A DNA stretch of 12,092 nt from Campylobacterota bacterium (GTDB lineage Bacteria; Campylobacterota; Campylobacteria; Campylobacterales; Sulfurimonadaceae), in the NCBI GenBank assembly GCA_034717975.1, contig JAYEMF010000092.1, forward strand, positions 1 to 12,092, written 5' to 3'. Positions within the stretch are counted from its first letter, which is position 1; every line of letters begins with the position of its first letter. A model generated the notes under the pieces. That model worked only from the letters and a program-made list of their open reading frames with translations. It did not search any database and was not told where the DNA came from. Shown here in pieces: positions 1-6,194 of the stretch. Position numbers and translations under genes: made by a program.

Positions 1-22
1 AACTTAATAATTTATATTTCAT
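1..22 (-). CDS. 5' end of a gene running off the left edge (MKYKLLS...), product unknown
   Basis: Minus strand reads AGGAG (32-28), 5 nt, ATG (22-20), and stays open to the window edge. A -10-like gtTATACT lies at 53-46. Only 7 codons are visible. Confidence 0.5.
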
Positions 23-118
23 ATTCACTCCTAAAATATCCCACTAGTATAACTAAATATATCTTACTAGAAAGTTATTTATAGATTAATATCTTATTTG
101 GTATAAGGGAACATCTAA

Positions 119-1120
119 AAACCACTCAAATCGAAGACTATCACTCTATCATGTGGAAAACTGACAACAGGTGTATCTGTAAAACCATGGACAGGTATCT
201 TCATGCTTAGAAACTCTTCAAGTCCTGAAACATATTTTCAAGCAGCATTTAGAGTTCAAACACCATGGACAGTGAAGAACCCTGATGGACTATCGCCAAA
301 TGCTACAGAAATTATAAAGAATGAATGTTATGTATTTGACTTTGCACCAAATAGAGCATTGAGCCAAGTAGCCGATTATAGCTGTCGTTTGAATATGAGT
401 GAATCAAATCCTGAAAAGAAAGTAGAAGAGTTTATACACTTCTTGCCAATACTCGCTTATGATGGTAGCTCTATGAAACAGATAGATGCACGTGGCGTAC
501 TTGACATCTCTATGAGTGGTACAACAGCAACCTTACTTGCTAGAAGATGGGAAAGTGCATTACTTGTTAATGTAGATAACGAAACATTAGCAAGGTTGAT
601 GGATGATGAGAGAGCATTAAATGCACTTATGAGCATAGAAGGATTTAGAACTCTAAATCAAGACCTAGAGACTATCATCAACAAGTCAGAAGCTGTGAAG
701 AAAACGAAGAAAGAAGCAAATGATAGAGAACTAAGTAAAAAAGAGAAAAAAGAACTCACAGATGATGAAAAAGAGCAAAAGAGTTTAAGAAAGCAAATAC
801 AAGAGAAGCTAATTAAATTTGCTACAAGAGTACCTGTATTTATGTACTTGACTGATTATAGAGAACGTAGTCTGAAAGATGTAATCACTCAGTTAGAACC
901 TGGACTATTTAATAAGGTCACAGGACTAGATGTTAAAGACTTTGAGCTTCTTGTAAGTTTAGGTGTGTTCAATAGTGCTTTGATGAATGATGCAGTATAT
1001 AAATTTAAACGCTACGAAGATGCAAGCTTGGAATATATTGGTATTAATAAACATGAGGGTGAAGATGTCGGACTTTATGATACTGTACTTGACCAGGAAG
1101 AGTATGGTGAAGTGCTTTAA
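119..1120 (+). pseudogene. C-terminal fragment of an SF2 helicase / restriction-endonuclease-type protein (ResIII/DEAD-like), 5'-truncated
   Basis: The frame is open from 119 (KPLKSKTITLSCGKLTTGVSVKPWTGIF) into the 203 ORF. LTTGVSV resembles helicase motif V and YFQAAFRVQ motif VI. No Walker A/B motifs. In-frame TAA stops at 104-106 and 116-118, and no clear SD before ATG 203. The family call is from motif recognition only. Confidence 0.7.
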
Positions 1121-1129
1121 GAGATTCTA

Positions 1130-1192
1130 ATGGAATATTTAATAGCCGTAGGAGTAGTTGTTTACTTGATTTGGAAGTGGCTTTGGTCGTAA
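1130..1192 (+). CDS. putative 20-aa single-helix membrane peptide MEYLIAVGVVVYLIWKWLWS
   Basis: ATG 9 nt after the upstream stop, weak AAGAG SD, uninterrupted hydrophobic stretch with a Trp/Lys-rich end. Confidence 0.35.
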   Translation: MEYLIAVGVVVYLIWKWLWS

Positions 1193-1266
1193 AAGAGCTG
1201 TAATAGGTTGCCAGTTAAAAATAGATAGTGCTTGAAGTGTCGTAATATAGGAGCCTATAGGAATAA

Positions 1267-1298
1267 TGGCTCCGGATACTGGATTCGAACCAGTGACC
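1267..1298 (-). pseudogene. orphan tRNA 3' half (Asn-like), probable att-site core
   Basis: Minus strand GGTCACTGGTTCGAATCCAGTATCCGGAGCCA gives an intact T arm (ACTGG/CCAGT, loop TTCGAAT), the 3' acceptor strand, discriminator G and CCA. No anticodon arm, D arm or 5' acceptor strand upstream. The Asn identity rests on the TCCGGA-G-CCA end. Confidence 0.8.
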
Positions 1299-1393
1299 TA
1301 TATGTGTTAATGATGATATCGGAAAAACAGCGTGAATGTATTTTCAGATGTCTTTGAATGTCTAAGATGGCATATGAATTCAATACAAAAAGA

Positions 1394-1415
1394 TGACCCA
1401 AAGGGTGACCCAAAG
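1394..1415 (+). repeat. tandem 10-bp direct repeat TGACCCAAAG x2, candidate integrase arm-binding sites
   Basis: Exact copies at 1394-1403 and 1406-1415, about 50 bp beyond the 3' end of tRNA-Glu. Confidence 0.6.
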
Positions 1416-1467
1416 AAAACTTAAATGATAAAGTATCGTAAAATAGGGGATTAAATACATATGTAGT

Positions 1468-1542
1468 TGGTGACCCCAAGGGGATTCGAACCCCTATGGC
1501 AAGGATGAAAACCTTGAATCCTAACCATTAGATGATGGGGCC
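1468..1542 (-). tRNA. tRNA-Glu(TTC)
   Basis: GGCCCCATCATCTAATGGTTAGGATTCAAGGTTTTCATCCTTGCCATAGGGGTTCGAATCCCCTTGGGGTCACCA. Full cloverleaf, anticodon stem CAAGG/CCTTG, anticodon TTC, encoded CCA. Confidence 0.97.
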
Positions 1543-1555
1543 TTGTTGAAGGCTG

Positions 1556-1608
1556 AATTTTTAATTTTAAATGTTCAATTAATCATTGAAAACTCATCAT
1601 TAAAAATT
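1556..1608. repeat. AT-rich imperfect inverted repeat in the tRNA spacer
   Basis: AATTTTTAAT (1556-1565) / ATTAAAAATT (1599-1608) and TTCAAT (1574-1579) / ATTGAA (1585-1590) share one symmetry centre. Confidence 0.75.
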
Positions 1609-1616
1609 AAGGTCAC

Positions 1617-1692
1617 TGGTGTCCTGTGTTGGATTCGAACCAACGGCCACCTCATTAAAAGTGAGATGCTCTACCGGCTGAGCTAACAAGAC
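1617..1692 (-). tRNA. tRNA-Lys(TTT)
   Basis: GTCTTGTTAGCTCAGCCGGTAGAGCATCTCACTTTTAATGAGGTGGCCGTTGGTTCGAATCCAACACAGGACACCA. Full cloverleaf, anticodon TTT, encoded CCA. Confidence 0.97.
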
Positions 1693-1730
1693 ATACCTCA
1701 AACAAACGTACACGTTGTTTGTGGACGGGA

Positions 1731-1759
1731 ATTATAGGGAAAAAGCCTTTTAATGTCAA
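1731..1759 (-). promoter_or_regulatory. sigma70 promoter of the tRNA-Lys/Glu unit
   Basis: Minus strand TTGACA (1759-1754), 17 bp, TATAAT (1736-1731), then a GC-rich discriminator (TCCCGTCC). Confidence 0.9.
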
Positions 1760-1857
1760 TACTTTTTTGAATATTTTAGAAAAAATACACACTTAGTGGA
1801 AAATAGTATTCAAAATATTGATTTTTAAGAGCTGTTTTGAAGATTTCTTTGTTGATT

Positions 1858-1867
1858 TGGATAAAAT
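1858..1867 (+). promoter_or_regulatory. putative -10 box (gaTAAAAT) 6 nt before the ATG at 1874
   Basis: TAAAAT at 1862-1867, T-tracts upstream, no SD before the start codon. Confidence 0.55.
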
Positions 1868-1873
1868 TTACTA

Positions 1874-2773
1874 ATGAATTGGCTCAGCTTTGAATACCCT
1901 TGGATGGTATTTTTACTTTTCCCACTGCTTTATTGTCTTTACAAGTGTAAAGATCGGCTTGTACCGAGCTATTTTGTTCACCTGCATCTCTTCGCACTGA
2001 AAAAGCCGTGGGTCAAGCTGGAGTGGCTGGTGAAAGTGCTTATTTTGATCGCGCTGATCGTCGCCCTGGCCTCACCGATCCTGGTGGACCGCAGCGATCC
2101 GCTGAACCGTCAGGGGATCGACATTGTCTTGTGTCTGGACGGAAGCGGCTCCATGAACGCATCGGGCTTTGAAGCGGGAACAAGGCGCAGCCGTTTCGAG
2201 GTGGTGCAGGAGATCGCCAGCACTTTCGTGATGAAACGGCTTGAAGACAATGTCGGTGTCGTGCTCTATGGTGATTTTGCCTTTATCGCCTCGCCGGTGA
2301 CTTATGAGAAGGAGATCGTTGCAGAGATGATCGGCTACCTTTCACACGGTATGGCCGGGCAGAATACGGCGATCGGCGATGGTGTGGCGATGAGCCTTCG
2401 CGCCCTGGAACGCTCAAAAGCTGCATCGAAAGTGATCATCCTTCTGACCGACGGCGAGCATAACAGCGGCAGGATCTCGCCTAAAGAGGCAGAGGCTCTC
2501 GCCGCTGAGAAGGGAGTGGTTATCTATTCCATCGGTATTGGCAAGGCAGGTGAATTTGATGAAGCACTTTTGAAAACTATGGCCGAGGGCAGCGGCGGGA
2601 GATCTTTTGTAGCTCATAACAGCGAGGCACTGAGCTCCGTCTACAGTGAGATAGATACGCTTGAACGCTCCAAGATCAAAAGCAAGGCCTATCTGAAAAA
2701 AAGCTATTTTTACACCTACGCACTGTTGATGGCTTTTGTGCTGATGCTCTACTATCTATGGAGGCGGCGATGA
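1874..2773 (+). CDS. batA: BatA-like VWA-domain membrane protein (copy 1)
   Basis: N-terminal F-x-x-P-W motif plus two hydrophobic segments, MIDAS DGSGS, TAIGDG, LLTDGEHN, C-terminal TM helix. Confidence 0.9.
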   Translation: MNWLSFEYPWMVFLLFPLLYCLYKCKDRLVPSYFVHLHLFALKKPWVKLEWLVKVLILIALIVALASPILVDRSDPLNRQGIDIVLCLDGSGSMNASGFEAGTRRSRFEVVQEIASTFVMKRLEDNVGVVLYGDFAFIASPVTYEKEIVAEMIGYLSHGMAGQNTAIGDGVAMSLRALERSKAASKVIILLTDGEHNSGRISPKEAEALAAEKGVVIYSIGIGKAGEFDEALLKTMAEGSGGRSFVAHNSEALSSVYSEIDTLERSKIKSKAYLKKSYFYTYALLMAFVLMLYYLWRRR

Positions 2774-4320
2774 GTTTTCTGGCATTGGGATGGCTATGGC
2801 TGCTGCTTCCGCTTGGGTCGGTGATCCTCTACATCCATAATAGAGAAGGATTCAGGTGGACGCTCCAGCGATTTTGGCTGGTTGCGGCTATGGGGTTTGT
2901 TATTTTGGCACTATGCCGTCCGGTACTGCCAAAAGAGCCGATCGAAGTGGATCAGGTGGGAAGTGATGTGATTGTCGCTATCGATCTCTCCTATTCGATG
3001 CAGGCAACCGATGTTGACCCCAGCCGTCTGGAAGCAGCCAAGAGCTTGTTACAGGATCTTGTCAAGCACAATACAAAAGACCGTTTTGGAGTGATCGGAT
3101 TCACCACCAACGCGATCGTTCTCTCACCGATGACCAACGACGGGGAGCTGCTGCTGCATCTTTTTGGCGGATTGGATGAGAAGATGATCATGACGAAGGG
3201 GACGCTCTTGATGGGGGCGCTGGAACTTTCACGGAAAATGTCGGCAGCCAAACATCCCAAAGTGCTTCTCTTGACCGATGGCGGTGATGCACAAAATTAT
3301 GCCCAGGAGGCGGCCTATGCCAAAGCAAACAGTCTGCAGGTCAATGTAGTTCTGTTGGGAACGGCATACGGCAGTACGCTCAAACATGGTGATGGAACAA
3401 TGCTTAAAGATGAGAAAGGGGGTATTGTTGTCACCTCGCTCAACAGGGCGGTTGAAACCATTGCCCGTGCCAGCGGCGGTGAAGTGATCGACGGAGCAGA
3501 TCTTGGTGAAGTGCAGGATACGCTCGCCAAACAGGGTGAAGAGGATTTCAGAAGCAAAACGAAAGTGATAGCGTATGATGAGCTCTTTTACTACTTTATT
3601 GTTGCGGCATTGATCGCTTTTATGCTGGCTGTCACGACACTGGGCAAGATGCTGCAGCGGCGCATAGCTCCTTTTTTGTTGCTTTTTGGGATAAGTTCGC
3701 AAGCGGGTATGCTGGACTATTACTATCTTGATCAGGGAGATAAAGCCTATAGATCAGAAACGTATGAACAAGCAGCCAGGTTCTATGGCAATGTCGCTTC
3801 ATCTAAGGCGCAGTATAATGCTGCCAATAGTCTTTACAAAGCAGGTGAGTATGAAAAAGCATTGCAGCTTTACAGAGGGATACGCTCCTGGGATGCTGAT
3901 TTTAAGGCAACGCTTTTTTTCAATATGGCCAACTGCTATATCCGGCTTCAGGAGTTTAAAAAGGCAAAAAAAATGCTCCGGAACTCTCTGATACTCAAAG
4001 ATGATCCGGCTGCGCGAGAAAATCTTTATGCCATTAGTCGTGCCGAGGAGCAGGATTTTATGCTCAGTGGTCGTCAAGAGGGCAAAAAACGTGAACAATC
4101 CGGAAGTTCCCAATCCGAAAGCAAGGCTAAAAAAGATCTTAAAGAGGGTGGTGGCAGCAATATGCGTGTCACTGCCGATGCTTCTCAGGGTGCATCCAAA
4201 CAGGGGAAAAGTGTTGAAACCGACCCGCGTCTCGGGTTTTCAAAAGGCGATGCCAAACTGAGTTCACGTCAATATGAACTGATCAATCAAAGGAGTGTTG
4301 ATGAAGTCCAACCATGGTAA
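2770..4320 (+). CDS. BatB/BatC-like VWA + TPR protein
   Basis: ALCRP, MIDAS DLSYS, TDVDPSRL, LLTDGGD, a TM helix, TPR-like repeats (YNAANSLYKAGEYEKA, FNMANCY), low-complexity tail ending PW. Start placed at ATG 2770 (ATGA overlap with batA, GGAGG at 2760-2764) rather than 2758. Confidence 0.88.
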   Translation: MSFLALGWLWLLLPLGSVILYIHNREGFRWTLQRFWLVAAMGFVILALCRPVLPKEPIEVDQVGSDVIVAIDLSYSMQATDVDPSRLEAAKSLLQDLVKHNTKDRFGVIGFTTNAIVLSPMTNDGELLLHLFGGLDEKMIMTKGTLLMGALELSRKMSAAKHPKVLLLTDGGDAQNYAQEAAYAKANSLQVNVVLLGTAYGSTLKHGDGTMLKDEKGGIVVTSLNRAVETIARASGGEVIDGADLGEVQDTLAKQGEEDFRSKTKVIAYDELFYYFIVAALIAFMLAVTTLGKMLQRRIAPFLLLFGISSQAGMLDYYYLDQGDKAYRSETYEQAARFYGNVASSKAQYNAANSLYKAGEYEKALQLYRGIRSWDADFKATLFFNMANCYIRLQEFKKAKKMLRNSLILKDDPAARENLYAISRAEEQDFMLSGRQEGKKREQSGSSQSESKAKKDLKEGGGSNMRVTADASQGASKQGKSVETDPRLGFSKGDAKLSSRQYELINQRSVDEVQPW

Positions 4321-5431
4321 GCATGCAATAGTGATCTTCTTGGGATGGCTCTTCCTGGCTGCGACACTCTGGGGTGAAACAGATTACCGGTGGCAGGTTA
4401 CTGAATCCGAAGCGACGGTCTACCAGCATGAAGCGATGGAAGTGCGCTACAGCTGCCGTTTTAAAGATCAGGGAAGTCTCTACTCCATTGAGATGCAGCT
4501 GCCCTCAGAGACAGAAGATTACCGTTTGCACGTTTTAAGTGAACATGAACAGATCCGTGAAGGTATTCGGACGAATGAGTACCGTTACATTCTCTTTGCC
4601 AAACAGAGTGGGAGTATCATCTTTCAACCGACTGCTTTGATGCGAAAAACGACACGCGATTCGATCGAAAACACGGTGATCGGCCGGGACAATATCGAAG
4701 ACCTTACCTTTAGCGATACCAAAGTAAACCTGCCTCCGGTTCAGATCGAGATCTTGCCGACATCCAGCCAGCTCAGCGGACATTTTACATTGGATATGCA
4801 GCTAAGCAGCACAAAGGTCAATGCGTATGAACCTATCCATCTGAGTGTGACACTCGAAGGGGAGGGAAATCTCGACAGTCTCAAAGCCTTTGAGATCAAG
4901 ATTCCGGGAGTGGAGCTTTTCAGTGAAAAACCGGAACTCTCCTACCGTCTTGGTGAACATGGATTTAGAGGAGAGCGAACACAGCGTTTTGCTATCGTAG
5001 CTGAGAAAAGTTTTACGTTACCGCCATTTAAGGTGCACTATTTTGATCTGGGTGAAACTCAGGAAAAGCTGCTTGTCACCGATAGCTATGAGATTGAAGT
5101 GATTCCGGCGGTATCTGGGGAAAGCCTGCTGGATGAGGTGGATGATGAGGCATCCCGGACGTGGGAATGGTCCTATCTTTACTACGTATTGATCTTTATC
5201 ACCGGATATATCGCCGGCAGATGGCTGCGATTCAGACGGAGCAGTGAGCCAAAAGATGAGAGCCTCGCTGGCCGGATCCGCGGCAGTGAGAGTATTAAAA
5301 AGCTTATTACGCTCTTGGTGCTGAGCGGGGATCTGCGTTTTACTCTATTGATTGAAAAACTTGAACGAGCTTCTTCTGTATCTTTGAACAGTGCCAAAAA
5401 AGAGGCTTTGGGAGTGCTGCATGAAGATTAA
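4301..5431 (+). CDS. BatD-like exported protein with C-terminal membrane anchor
   Basis: Signal-peptide-like N terminus, LSVTLEGEGNL and LPPFKVHYFD motifs typical of BatD, late TM helix, operon position. AAGGAG at 4290-4295 favours ATG 4301. Confidence 0.8.
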   Translation: MKSNHGKHAIVIFLGWLFLAATLWGETDYRWQVTESEATVYQHEAMEVRYSCRFKDQGSLYSIEMQLPSETEDYRLHVLSEHEQIREGIRTNEYRYILFAKQSGSIIFQPTALMRKTTRDSIENTVIGRDNIEDLTFSDTKVNLPPVQIEILPTSSQLSGHFTLDMQLSSTKVNAYEPIHLSVTLEGEGNLDSLKAFEIKIPGVELFSEKPELSYRLGEHGFRGERTQRFAIVAEKSFTLPPFKVHYFDLGETQEKLLVTDSYEIEVIPAVSGESLLDEVDDEASRTWEWSYLYYVLIFITGYIAGRWLRFRRSSEPKDESLAGRIRGSESIKKLITLLVLSGDLRFTLLIEKLERASSVSLNSAKKEALGVLHED

Positions 5432-5486
5432 AACGATAGAGGAGCTGGCGTATGAAGCCCAGGAAGCACAGAGAGGTGATGAGTAG
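5421..5486 (+). CDS. 21-aa bridging micro-ORF MKIKTIEELAYEAQEAQRGDE
   Basis: GGAG SD at 5411-5414. ATG overlaps the batD-like 3' end and TAG overlaps the GTG of the next gene (TAGTG). Confidence 0.4.
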   Translation: MKIKTIEELAYEAQEAQRGDE

Positions 5487-5800
5487 TGGATAGTGCTGTT
5501 ATTATTGCCATAGTCGGCATTTTTGTTTTGCTCGGTGTTATCTACGTTGTCATGAACAGTACGGGTAAGCCGGTTGTCGATGTCAAATCAAAAGCGCAAA
5601 AACGTCGTGAAATCATTGCCGGCTATGAGGCGGAGCTCGAAGCGAAACTCCGACCGTTGATAGATGACTCAGCCGCGATGCGTGCCGCAAAAGTTAAACT
5701 GTTGGGCCGTTTTTCCAACGAACTTTCGATGAATGTTTTTTTTGATTACGACGAAAAAAAAGAGATCATTTCAGAGTTGGCGGCTTATCAGCCTGAGTAG
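5486..5800 (+). CDS. hypothetical protein with N-terminal TM helix
   Basis: 104 aa, GAGGTG SD upstream, hydrophobic residues ~4-22, host-like codon usage. Confidence 0.8.
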   Translation: MDSAVIIAIVGIFVLLGVIYVVMNSTGKPVVDVKSKAQKRREIIAGYEAELEAKLRPLIDDSAAMRAAKVKLLGRFSNELSMNVFFDYDEKKEIISELAAYQPE

Positions 5801-6107
5801 TCCGTCGAGTCTGTTCGTAATGCAGCAGAGCGATCTTGATAGCCGCTATTTTTTTACGTAACCGATGACGTTTGGCTCGCTTTGAGCTGCGCAGTCTGGA
5901 GAGTTCAGATTCAAGCTTATGAAGCTCTTTTTTGGCATTTTCAGCTTCCTGATACAATGCTTCATCGTTCAGATGGGAGTAGCTGTCGGGTATCTCATCC
6001 AGCAGCCTGCCATACTCGCTATGAGGATCGGTATAGGTTCGGTAGATCATAAAAACAATCAAAACGAGAACGAACAATGTTCCGAAAACCTGTAGAAACA
6101 GCTCCAT
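5766..6107 (-). CDS. hypothetical protein: N-terminal TM helix plus basic coiled coil
   Basis: 113 aa, AAAGG SD, gcTATAAT upstream at 6136-6129. Confidence 0.75.
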   Translation of the reverse strand: MELFLQVFGTLFVLVLIVFMIYRTYTDPHSEYGRLLDEIPDSYSHLNDEALYQEAENAKKELHKLESELSRLRSSKRAKRHRLRKKIAAIKIALLHYEQTRRTTQADKPPTLK

Positions 6108-6128
6108 CTTTTTACCTTTGTATCACCG

Positions 6129-6171
6129 ATTATAGCTAATCTAATCTATATGATTTTTTTTATGATAGAAT
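6129..6171. promoter_or_regulatory. divergent -10 boxes
   Basis: Minus strand TATAAT at 6134-6129 and plus strand extended TGaTAGAAT at 6163-6171, each upstream of a gene with an SD. Confidence 0.6.
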
Positions 6172-6194
6172 AATTTCTCTTTTCAAAAGGAGTT

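Larger units (their letters stand above)
1..1467. mobile_element. right edge of a putative genomic island adjoining the tRNA-Glu 3' end
   Basis: Visibly AT-richer than the genes after 1874, with different codon usage (AGA/TTA/ACA-rich). Carries a broken restriction-type gene, a tRNA fragment and arm-like repeats. No integrase within the window. Confidence 0.6.

Noticed and set aside
203..1120. Treating the 305-aa ORF as a complete gene
   Set aside because: Helicase-like sequence continues upstream of the ATG to 119, there is no clear SD, and the ATPase motifs are absent.
1267..1345. Possible intact or intron-containing third tRNA
   Set aside because: No anticodon stem, D arm or complementary 5' acceptor strand between 1299 and tRNA-Glu.
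1255..1479. 74-aa minus-strand ORF
   Set aside because: Starts inside tRNA-Glu and runs through the repeats and tRNA fragment; no SD or protein-like features.
1583..1606. ATTGAAAACT resemblance to the XerH difH site
   Set aside because: The second half-site (TTTTCAA-like) is missing, and the sequence is explained by the local inverted repeat.
1699..1721. Hairpin CAAACAAACG...CGTTGTTTG upstream of tRNA-Lys
   Set aside because: A short stem in a pre-tRNA leader is ordinary; no evidence for a separate function.
2414..5397. Antisense and alternate-frame ORFs within the first bat module
   Set aside because: All lie inside well-supported genes and lack SDs or motifs; shadow ORFs.
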